64,000 nucleotides of DNA from Phycisphaerales bacterium UBA3190 (GTDB lineage Bacteria > Planctomycetota > Phycisphaerae > Phycisphaerales > UBA1924): NCBI GenBank assembly GCA_002364005.1, contig DEXG01000023.1, positions 94,702 through 158,701 on the forward strand, written 5' to 3'. Below the pieces are notes generated by a model. The model did not search any database and was not told where the DNA came from. It was given only the letters and a program-made list of their open reading frames with translations. Below are positions 27,756 through 35,850 of the stretch, one piece after another (position 1 is the first letter of the stretch; each line of letters opens with the position of its first letter). Made by a program: the position numbers and the translations under genes.

Positions 27756-28583
27756 TCAGTCGTCCTTGCTCTGGCCAGTCATGTCCATGGGGCGGGTTCC
27801 TGCGAGGGTTTGCCGTTGCTCAACAGTCAGAATCTGGGCAGCCTCGCCCACCGCTCTGATAAACGCGAGACGCTTCTCGGCACGCAGCGCTTCGATGGCG
27901 CGGACCTCGGTCTCGATGCGATTGATGTCGGGGGTAGACGCGGCCGTCAGCGACCACAGCACTTCTTCGAGGCCCTCGATGCGGCGGTCGTAATCCGACT
28001 GGGCGAGGATGATTTCCTGCTTCGTTTCGTTCAGACGAGTTTGTTGTTCGAGCGTCAGGTCGATGTGCTCGTTGTGGTCGAGGAAGAAGCCGGTAGCGCC
28101 GATGTGGTAGACGTGCGATGCGCCAGGAAAGCCCGGAAGGTCAGAGCGAACTTCCATCGCATCGGTGGTGCCATCGACATCTTTTGCCTTCGGACCCATG
28201 CCCATCATGCCACCCATGCCTCCCATGGAGTTGGCATGGGAGGGCCCCATTTCTCCCATGGCGTTCATGCCCATCTGACGCTTACCACCCATGTCGCCCA
28301 TGCCACCCATCGCGTTCTGCTTCTTGGAGGTGCGCGCGGGCGCGCCGTCCGAAGTCGATGAAACCGGTCGGTGATCGAGCTGTAGCGAGGCTTCAAGCTG
28401 GGCGACCTGAGCGCGGAGTGCTGCGAGCTCTTTCACGATGTCAGCGTTTCCGCTGATTTCATGCGTTTCGTGTTTGGTGTGGTCCCCATCTCCGTGGTTC
28501 TGTGCGATTGCCGGAGTTGCGAACATGGTGGCCGCGAACAGCAGCGGAATGAGGAAGGATATTTGTGCCTGAGAGTTTTTCAT
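27756..28583 (-). CDS. Periplasmic Met-rich LTXXQ (CpxP/Spy/ZraP-like) heavy-metal stress protein
   Basis: Signal peptide, MGGMGDMGGKRQMGMNAMGEMG...MGGMGGMMGMG tract, and two LTXXQ motifs (LTLEQ, LTVEQ). Confidence 0.8.
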   Translation of the reverse strand: MKNSQAQISFLIPLLFAATMFATPAIAQNHGDGDHTKHETHEISGNADIVKELAALRAQVAQLEASLQLDHRPVSSTSDGAPARTSKKQNAMGGMGDMGGKRQMGMNAMGEMGPSHANSMGGMGGMMGMGPKAKDVDGTTDAMEVRSDLPGFPGASHVYHIGATGFFLDHNEHIDLTLEQQTRLNETKQEIILAQSDYDRRIEGLEEVLWSLTAASTPDINRIETEVRAIEALRAEKRLAFIRAVGEAAQILTVEQRQTLAGTRPMDMTGQSKDD

Positions 28584-28800
28584 GATTCAGCTCCTTGTCA
28601 GGGGTAAACACGCCAACCGTCCTACTGGCCTCTGAATGCCACGGCGGCCAATTGACACACTAAAGATGCATATACTATCTTCTTTGAATGTATTGGGCAA
28701 CCGTGCTTTATCACTTGCCTGCGTGCTCACGCCTCCGATTGCCCATATCCTTCGAAGACGTTGATGAACAAAGTGGCCGCAATGGTCTCGAAAGGTCTGG

Positions 28801-29256
28801 ATGATTTCACGGCAGGTAGCAATGGCGGCGGTTTGCATGGGGCTCATCGGTCGCGATGGGTCTGACGAGTGCATGCAGATTCCCGAGCTTGTTGAGCTGA
28901 CCGGGATTTCGCGGCCAACTCTTGGCAAGGTCGTCAATGCACTAGCCCGGAAGAAACTCGTGAAGACCCAGCGTGGTGTCGGCGGCGGGGTGCGATTAGT
29001 CCGTTCTGTCGAGCAGGTCTCCCTGTACGACCTGTGCGTGGCCTTTGACGACCCGGTGATCGAGTGCCAATGTTCTTTCGGTTTCGGCCACTGCGCCGAA
29101 GAGGGCCCGTGCCCCCCCGGATGCCTATGCGTCGCGCAGCAGTCGAAGCAGTTGGAGTACCTCAAGAACACGAGCGTGTTTGATATCGCTGAAATGATGT
29201 TGCCGAGGCTCAAGAAGGCTGCTCGGTCAGCGAAGCGAGCGAAGCAGAATCGCTGA
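28801..29256 (+). CDS. Rrf2-family transcriptional regulator with a Cys-rich C-terminal region
   Basis: wHTH (IPELVELTGISRPTLGKVVNALARKKLV, GVGGGVRL) and a Cys cluster CQCSFGFGHCAEEGPCPPGCLC. Divergent from the LTXXQ gene. Confidence 0.85.
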   Translation: MISRQVAMAAVCMGLIGRDGSDECMQIPELVELTGISRPTLGKVVNALARKKLVKTQRGVGGGVRLVRSVEQVSLYDLCVAFDDPVIECQCSFGFGHCAEEGPCPPGCLCVAQQSKQLEYLKNTSVFDIAEMMLPRLKKAARSAKRAKQNR

Positions 29257-29317
29257 GCCTGATCCCTGCCCAAGTCGCCTGGGGATGCCCGCATTCCGGT
29301 TTCAGCTGGTTCTCGCA

Positions 29318-30211
29318 TCATGGTAGCAGATACTCCCATCCATAGACAAGCGAACCGCCGAAATGACCCGCGACTCCAACCAAAGCGGCAGACACCAGCA
29401 ACGCAGCCGTAGCGAATCGGCTCATCCTCTTGCATCTCGCGCGTTGTTCAACGGCGAACCACGCGATGCCTGCAGCAACCGCGACCGAGATCCCCAGTGC
29501 GCGGTGCCACCAGAACACCCACGACAACGTGCCCGAGTAATCGCTCGCAGACCCATGAAGCAAACCAAGCAGCACTGCCGCGACGGCCGAAAGCGCTCCT
29601 ACTGCTGTGAGCAGTCGAATGACCCCCTCGTTCCTCAATTGCTCGCGGGCGAGTCCTACAACCTCGACAAGCGCCCCGAGGAGCAGGAACGCGATCGGGA
29701 AGTGGATGACTACGACGTGGAGTCGACCGAGCATCGCTGTGAGTGACACGCCATGGTCTGTAGCGTGGTCGTGGTTCTCTTCGGGCGACTCACCGTCGTG
29801 ATCGTGGCCACCATCAGTCGCGCCGAGCCGGTCCGCGTCTGGCTGCCCGGCGACAGCAGCATCCTCAGGATGATCGTGATCATGCCCCTCCGCTTCGGGC
29901 TTGCTCTTGTCCTCCGGCATTGCCACAGGCATGACCCTCGCCAACGACTCAGTAAGAGCCTCCGGATTCTGTTTGAATCGGAGCACGCAACGCCGACAGC
30001 AGAAATACACACGCGTGCCATCATGGTCAGTGAAAAAGCTTGGATCGACCGCCTCATCCGGCGTCACCGGACACAGGGTATTGGCCAACCCCGTCTCTCC
30101 CCCCGTTCCGTCCGGGGAGGAGATCTGGGCCGCCAATACTGAGGCATCCACAATGAACACCAGCAACAGGAGCAGCGGTACCAAGAAACGTCGACGGTTT
30201 ATGGTGTCCAT
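29318..30211 (-). CDS. YHS/TRASH-domain + multi-TM (DUF2231-like) protein
   Basis: Signal peptide, CPVTPDEAVD...YFCCRRCVLRF (YHS-type), a His/Asp-rich linker and four C-terminal TM helices. Confidence 0.75.
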   Translation of the reverse strand: MDTINRRRFLVPLLLLLVFIVDASVLAAQISSPDGTGGETGLANTLCPVTPDEAVDPSFFTDHDGTRVYFCCRRCVLRFKQNPEALTESLARVMPVAMPEDKSKPEAEGHDHDHPEDAAVAGQPDADRLGATDGGHDHDGESPEENHDHATDHGVSLTAMLGRLHVVVIHFPIAFLLLGALVEVVGLAREQLRNEGVIRLLTAVGALSAVAAVLLGLLHGSASDYSGTLSWVFWWHRALGISVAVAAGIAWFAVEQRARCKRMSRFATAALLVSAALVGVAGHFGGSLVYGWEYLLP

Positions 30212-30228
30212 GCGTATTTTTCCTCGTG

Positions 30229-31242
30229 TTAGCTGTCGCTGTGACCGTGACTGCCATCGCTGTGATTCTCATGACCCTCCCGACCGTGGTCACTATCCAT
30301 CTGTTCTTTCTCGACCGAGAGATTACCCCGCGCGTCGAGGATGGACTTCCACGCCTTATCGAGTTGTGCGAGGTACTGTGCTGGATTCTCGATCACCTTG
30401 GGTTCGCACATTGCACAACAGAACCGGATGAGGCGGCCCGCAAGGACGATCTCGGAGGGCTCACCCATAGACCCGAGCTTGCCCCCGATCATGCACTTGT
30501 CGAGTGGGTAGTCCGCCCTCTGAGTATCGGCGGCGGCCCTATCAATCTCGGCGATGTAAGCGCCCGGGTCCTTTTTGAACTCCTTGACGCAGGACCTGCA
30601 GCAGAGGCGTATGAGCCGGTTGGCGTGGATCAGGTTGATCGCGATGTCCTCGCCATCCTCTGAGAGGGGCTCGCCTGAAATTGCGCAGGTCGTCATCGGG
30701 TAGTACGGAAGCTGATCCTCGATCATCTGCTCGTCGATCTTCTTGAAGTACTGTTCCTTGTTCTTCTCAAACCGACCCACGCACATATTGCAGCAGAACC
30801 GTACCTCGCGCCCGTCGATCTCTTTGACGACCGGGTCACCCATCGATCCCAGCGCCTCACCCGAGACCGGGCAGGCGGTGAGGGTGTAGGGCTGGCTCTT
30901 GACGGCGGTTGGGACGACGGTTTGCGCATCGGCTTGCGCGTGGTGTTCACCGGGCTCGTTGCCTGCTTTGGCGAGGGCAACGAACGCGTCGCGTTTCGAC
31001 TCATCCCACCCCATAAACTCCTTGTCGCACCCCGGGCAGCAGAACCCGACGGTCTCGCCCTTGTATACGACCGAGGGGACCCCCTCGACGATGGGCTCTT
31101 TCCCGATGGGGCACATGGTGTTCACGGGTTTTTTGTCGTCGTGCTGCGCGTGGTTGGCGTGGGAGTCGTGGTGGTCTTGCGCGAGGGATACAGGCACGCA
31201 GTAGGCGCACGCAATGACAGCGATTATCACTGAAGTTTTCAT
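30229..31242 (-). CDS. Periplasmic protein with four tandem YHS/TRASH metal-binding domains
   Basis: Four repeats of the CP..G.....(F/L)CC..C pattern, plus a His-rich C-terminus (HENHSDGSHGHSDS). Start at the signal peptide MKTSVIIAVIACAY. Confidence 0.8.
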   Translation of the reverse strand: MKTSVIIAVIACAYCVPVSLAQDHHDSHANHAQHDDKKPVNTMCPIGKEPIVEGVPSVVYKGETVGFCCPGCDKEFMGWDESKRDAFVALAKAGNEPGEHHAQADAQTVVPTAVKSQPYTLTACPVSGEALGSMGDPVVKEIDGREVRFCCNMCVGRFEKNKEQYFKKIDEQMIEDQLPYYPMTTCAISGEPLSEDGEDIAINLIHANRLIRLCCRSCVKEFKKDPGAYIAEIDRAAADTQRADYPLDKCMIGGKLGSMGEPSEIVLAGRLIRFCCAMCEPKVIENPAQYLAQLDKAWKSILDARGNLSVEKEQMDSDHGREGHENHSDGSHGHSDS

Positions 31243-31297
31243 GTGGAACTCCTTTGATTTTGCCCGGGTCGTCCGAGCGTGTTGGAAAAACGAAGCC

Positions 31298-31481
31298 TGA
31301 GCTCGGCCCATCCGCAGTAGAGGATGGGCACGACGAACCAGGTCAGGGATGCGACGGCCATCCCACCGAAGGTCGGGATGGCCATGGGGATCATGATGTC
31401 TGACCCGCGCCCCGAGCTTGTGAGCACGGGCAGCAGCGCGAGGATAGTTGTCGCGCTGGTCATGACGGCGGCGCGGATGCG
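31298..31481 (-). pseudogene. Remnant of the C-terminal end of an RND (CusA/CzcA-type) pump
   Basis: RIRAAVMTSATTILALLPVLTSSGRGSDIMIPMAIPTFGGMAVASLTWFVVPILY matches the last two TM helices of RND pumps. No upstream part of such a gene is present. Confidence 0.6.
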
Positions 31482-31705
31482 TGAGGGCACAGATGCCGAA
31501 GGCGACGGTGGGTTGAACGAGCGAGTCAGCGTGTGCGATGGGCGCGGGGCGAGCGGGTCACTCGAGCACCATATGAGCGTCAAAGACGAGGCGCACGCGA
31601 ACAGGATGGTCCGGTTCATGGCAGATGTCCTAGTGAGGTCTGGTCCGATTGAAAAGCATCGTGGAACGGTACGCGCAGCGCGTACCGTCCCTCAGGGACG
31701 CGTCT

Positions 31706-32140
31706 CTATCGTTGCCAGACGCCCAGGAGTGCCTGTGTCTGATTGTGCGAGAACCCCGCGCGGATCGAGCCCTTCCGGGCGATCGAGATCAGACGCGTGG
31801 GGAGTTCAGTGATGATGATCTGGATGGATGCGGGCGGCCCGCGAACCATCTGCAGCGAGTCGCGATCTCGCGATGGCATCGGGAGTGGCTCGTTGGGTGA
31901 CCGGTCATCGATGGGTTTGATGCCGCAGGTGCAAGGGCCGTTGCTCATCTTACAGAAGTTGTGGACGCTCTTGGTGTCGCAGCACAATACCTCGCGGATC
32001 TCTTCATGACATTCTGTCATCACGCACTGATCTGATCCCATCGCGAGCGCGTGGGACTTCGACGAGCTCCAAAGGGAATCCATCCCCCGCATCCCGAATA
32101 GGGATGCCGCGATAAGCAGGATGAGGTGGATGCGGGTCAT
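31706..32140 (-). CDS. Secreted Cys-rich hypothetical protein
   Basis: Signal peptide, then CVMTECHEEIREVLCCDTKSVHNFCKMSNGPCTCG. Divergent from the haloperoxidase-like gene. Confidence 0.45.
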   Translation of the reverse strand: MTRIHLILLIAASLFGMRGMDSLWSSSKSHALAMGSDQCVMTECHEEIREVLCCDTKSVHNFCKMSNGPCTCGIKPIDDRSPNEPLPMPSRDRDSLQMVRGPPASIQIIITELPTRLISIARKGSIRAGFSHNQTQALLGVWQR

Positions 32141-32439
32141 GTGCAGTTTCAGTCTATCGATTCGGGTTCATCCAAGCAACAATCAAGAAGGCGAAAGTAT
32201 TTCCAAAAAAATATTTCACCCGAGTTACGGAGGTAAACATGTGACAACTTTCGCGCGTGCGATATATATAGTAGCGAGGTTATCGGCGCGGTGGTCTATC
32301 GCGGTCATCTCTTCTTGAGTTGTGGCCAAAATCTGCCAGGCAGGGGCTTGAGTCACGAAACCAAATCTGTAGAGTGGTAGGGGGTATTTCTCGGGATCGA
32401 CACCCAATATCCTTCACTTTGGCCTCGTGGAGCAGCGTC

Positions 32440-34608
32440 ATGAATCTTTTGCTTTGTCAAGTTACCCTGTTCGCGGGGTTGGTCGGGTTGCCTACATCTG
32501 CCGACGCACAGACTTCCCGTTCACCCGCAAACCCGGATGCGTTGACAACGACCAAGATGCGTCCGCTCGAGCATCAATCCGCAGCGGTCCGACGCGATCT
32601 CGCAGAGCAGCTTGGGATCGAGCATTCTGTTGCGCGGATGTGGAGCGAGTTGTTGCTCGATTCGATTCGACGCGACTTTGCTCGCCCGACGATCCATTCG
32701 CGCAACCTGTATCACACATCCGCAGCGATGTGGGACGCGTGGGCAGCGTTCGAGCCCGGGACGGATCAGGTGTTCCATAACGAAACAATGATCGCTGACG
32801 ATGTGCAGCTCGCTAGAGAGGAAGCAATCAGTTATGCGATGTATCGCATCCTTCGTCATCGTTTCGCGCTCTCCCCAGCCGCCATCGAGATGTACCCTGA
32901 GTATGACATGCTCATGGGCGAGTTAGGGTACGACATCTCCATCACGGACACTGCTGGAGATACCCCAGCGGCCCTGGGGAATCGCATCGCAGAATCGGTC
33001 ATCCAGTTTGGTCTTACGGACGGGTCGAACGAGCAGCTCGATTACGCGAACCTGTACTACGAGCCAATCAATCCACCGTTGCTACCGGACTTCCCGGGCA
33101 ACCCGGACATGCTCGATCCGAACCGTTGGCAGCCGCTTGCACTCGAGTTCTTCGTGGATCAATCGGGCAACCCGATCCCAACAGGGTACCCGGACTTCCT
33201 GAGCCCGGAATGGGGCGAAGTGACCCCGTTCGCGATGGACCAAGACGATGTGCAGATCAAGCAGCGTGACGGGTTCACCTGGCAAATCTGGCACGACCCG
33301 GGAGATCCGCCATACATTAACGGCGAACCCGCAGAAGACCTGCGTTACAAGTGGGGATACGAAGTGGTCGTTACCTGGTCTTCACACCTCGATCCCGCGA
33401 CGGGGACCATGATTGACATCTCTCCCGCGACATTCGGGAACGCGCCTCTTCCATTGATCGCGGAGGAGACGGACTTCTATGACAAGCTCAACGGTGGTGA
33501 TTGGGGTGAGGGGTACGATGTGAACCCGAGCACCGGGTTGCCTTACGAGCCCCAGATGGTGCCCTTGGGTGATTATGCGCGTGTGCTCGCGGAGTTCTGG
33601 GCGGATGGTCCGGATTCAGAGACACCTCCGGGGCATTGGTTCTCGGTGCTTCATTATGTCACCGATCACCCGGAGCACAACGGGCAGTTCATGGGACAAG
33701 GCCCAGTCCTCGATCCGCTCGAGTACGACGTGAAGTCATACCTTGCGCTCGGTGGTGGGATGCACGACAGCGCGATTTCTGCGTGGTCCGTGAAGGGGTA
33801 CTACGACTATCCTCGCCCGGTTTCTTCCATCCGGTACATGTGCGATCGTGGTCAATGCTCTGATCCGAATATGCCGAGTTTCCACCCAGAGGGGATCAAC
33901 CTCATCCCTGATTACATCGAAGTGGTGACAACTGAGACTACCGCACCAGGTGAGCGTCACGCACACCTTGCTGGTAGCGAGGGCAAGATCGCGGTCAAGG
34001 CTTGGAAGGGTCCTGACTTCATCAACGACCCTGATACAGATGTCGCCGGTGTAGGGTGGATCCTCGCTGATAACTGGTGGCCTTACCAGCGTCCAAGTTT
34101 CGTCAGTCCCCCGTTTGCGGGTTATGTCTCAGGGCACTCGGTGTTCTCTCGCGCCGCAGCGGAAATCATGTCTATGTTGACTGGGAGCGAATACTTCCCA
34201 GGCGGTATGGGTGAGTTCGAAGCGCCCATGAATGAGTTTCTCGTCTTTGAGGACGGCCCATCCATGGACATCACCCTGCAATGGGCGAAGTACGCGGACG
34301 CGTCCGATCAAACATCCCTCTCGCGTATCTGGGGGGGGATCCACCCGCCTGCGGATGATCTCCCCGGTCGGTATATGGGTCTCGATATTGGTCCCGAAGC
34401 GTTCACAGAAGCACGTCGGTACTACAACGGGCTCAAGTCCTGTCCCGCTGATTTTATGCCCGACAGCACTTTGAACTTCTACGATGTCAGCGGGTTCATT
34501 GTAAGGTACCTAGCAGGTGATTTGCTCGCCGACATGAATGGCGATCTTCATCTCGACGCGATGGATGTGATGGACTTCCTCAACTCATATTCTGATGGCT
34601 GTCCATAA
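32440..34608 (+). CDS. Secreted PAP2-superfamily / vanadium-haloperoxidase-like protein with a C-terminal dockerin-like module
   Basis: PAP2 motifs (KGYYDYPRP, YVSGHS, SRIWGGIHPPADD). C-terminus CPADF...DMNGDLHLDAMDVMDFLNSYSDGCP. Start at signal peptide ATG 32440. Confidence 0.8.
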   Translation: MNLLLCQVTLFAGLVGLPTSADAQTSRSPANPDALTTTKMRPLEHQSAAVRRDLAEQLGIEHSVARMWSELLLDSIRRDFARPTIHSRNLYHTSAAMWDAWAAFEPGTDQVFHNETMIADDVQLAREEAISYAMYRILRHRFALSPAAIEMYPEYDMLMGELGYDISITDTAGDTPAALGNRIAESVIQFGLTDGSNEQLDYANLYYEPINPPLLPDFPGNPDMLDPNRWQPLALEFFVDQSGNPIPTGYPDFLSPEWGEVTPFAMDQDDVQIKQRDGFTWQIWHDPGDPPYINGEPAEDLRYKWGYEVVVTWSSHLDPATGTMIDISPATFGNAPLPLIAEETDFYDKLNGGDWGEGYDVNPSTGLPYEPQMVPLGDYARVLAEFWADGPDSETPPGHWFSVLHYVTDHPEHNGQFMGQGPVLDPLEYDVKSYLALGGGMHDSAISAWSVKGYYDYPRPVSSIRYMCDRGQCSDPNMPSFHPEGINLIPDYIEVVTTETTAPGERHAHLAGSEGKIAVKAWKGPDFINDPDTDVAGVGWILADNWWPYQRPSFVSPPFAGYVSGHSVFSRAAAEIMSMLTGSEYFPGGMGEFEAPMNEFLVFEDGPSMDITLQWAKYADASDQTSLSRIWGGIHPPADDLPGRYMGLDIGPEAFTEARRYYNGLKSCPADFMPDSTLNFYDVSGFIVRYLAGDLLADMNGDLHLDAMDVMDFLNSYSDGCP

Positions 34609-35169
34609 AGCGACTTAATGACTTAGACATGCGCCTTTACGAGTGTTCCGAGATATATGCTCTAATTTCGTGACCATGCAGTCGTACAGGCTCGCTTGGC
34701 CACATGCTAAGAATGTTATATTTTCAGCACAGTTGAGTTTAGCCAGGCAGAATCGATTCAGGAGGGCGTCTGCGAGCAGGAGCTTTATGTCGAACGAGCA
34801 GTTTCAATTCCTTTTTGAGATTCGATGTCTCAATCCATGCTCCTTTAGGATGTTGCGTATTGGTGCCACTTGAAATAGACTGGTGCCATATCGACGAGTA
34901 CCACAAGGGCGTTGATGTAGAAGCAACGGGCGGACTTTCCATGAACGTCGGTTAACCCCTATGAATTTCGTAGGCTCTTAAATTGCGTGCTACAAACATC
35001 ATCTGCTATCACGCATTTTGAACGACGCTGTGCCGCCCCAGCACAATGAGCATCTGCGAAGTAACGCGGATTCCATGGTGGACACTCACTGCACACTAGA
35101 ATTGCAATTTCGCGACTATGTAATACAAAATGAACTCAGAAACATCGTCAGTATGTTGTTCGACCCTGC

Positions 35170-35490
35170 CAAACTGTCATTGACGGCGCGTTCACATCCT
35201 GATGTAGTGCAGAACCCCGCAACAAAGCCCTCAATCGAGCCCTCGGGCCATGCGATCGCTCCCAAGTCATTGTCGCGGATCGAGTTGGGACGACCTGGGA
35301 CCAATTGGGACATGCCAACATTCAGCGTTTTCCTTTGTTCCCAAGCTGAATGTCGTCGGTTCGATCCCGATCACCCGCTTTCACAAGTCTCGCTTAAACA
35401 AGTGTTTATGCGAGGCTTGTTCTTTTTGCACTACACCTGGCCGCACTACAAATGGCCCTTTGTAGTGCAAATTCGTCCCAAATGTAGTGC
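35170..35490 (+). repeat. att junction 3: conserved upstream arm + 45-nt tRNA 3' half + conserved downstream arm
   Basis: Collinear with 11677-11997. The 45-nt core 35338-35382 is identical to the tRNA 3' half. Contains five GTAGTGC/GCACTAC sites. Confidence 0.75.
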
Positions 35491-35613
35491 GGCCCTGACC
35501 TCATCCCAGTCGGGCGTCCCCCTGGCCAACTCCGTGACGATGGTGACGACACGATGTCAGACCATCGTGCCAGGTCTCCAGCAACTGGTAGCAATCTACA
35601 CTATCATGTGTGC

Positions 35614-35850
35614 ATGACCAACGCTTCGACTGGATCCAGGGATGTTCCGGACCCGCCGCAGGTGATGACGATTGACGACTTGGCGTCGTATCTCCAAGTC
35701 GCCAAGTCAACGCTCTACAAACTTGCCCAAGAGGGCAAGGTGCCTGGGCAGAAGGTTGGGAAGCATTGGCGATTCAAGAAGGATGCCATCGACCGCTGGC
35801 TGGAGCATCGAGACGAAGGAAGAGGTGTTGACGTGGAGGACAGCAAATGA
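35614..35850 (+). CDS. Excisionase-family (MerR-like HTH_17) DNA-binding protein
   Basis: MTIDDLASYLQVAKSTLYKLAQEGKVPGQKVGKHWRFKKDAIDRWL. Alternative start at 35665. Its stop overlaps the ATG of the ATPase gene (ATGA at 35847-35850). Confidence 0.75.
   Translation: MTNASTGSRDVPDPPQVMTIDDLASYLQVAKSTLYKLAQEGKVPGQKVGKHWRFKKDAIDRWLEHRDEGRGVDVEDSK

Larger units (their letters stand above)
11845..35382 (+). mobile_element. Island 2: att-bounded copper-homeostasis island without a recombinase gene (CIME-like)
   Basis: Bounded by att junctions 2 and 3. All cargo is metal or redox related. It contains an RND pseudogene scar and a lower-GC noncoding right end. Confidence 0.6.

Noticed and set aside
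28587-29435. 282-aa minus-strand ORF spanning the LTXXQ/Rrf2 spacer and the whole Rrf2 gene
   Set aside because: It would run through a divergent promoter region and is antisense to a well-formed Rrf2 wHTH protein. The translation is Arg/Ser/Cys-rich nonsense.
35614-35850. Calling the att-adjacent HTH_17 gene 'xis' outright
   Set aside because: Family membership and position fit an excisionase. However, it is translationally coupled to the defence ATPase, and no integrase is present to pair with it, so its function is left open.
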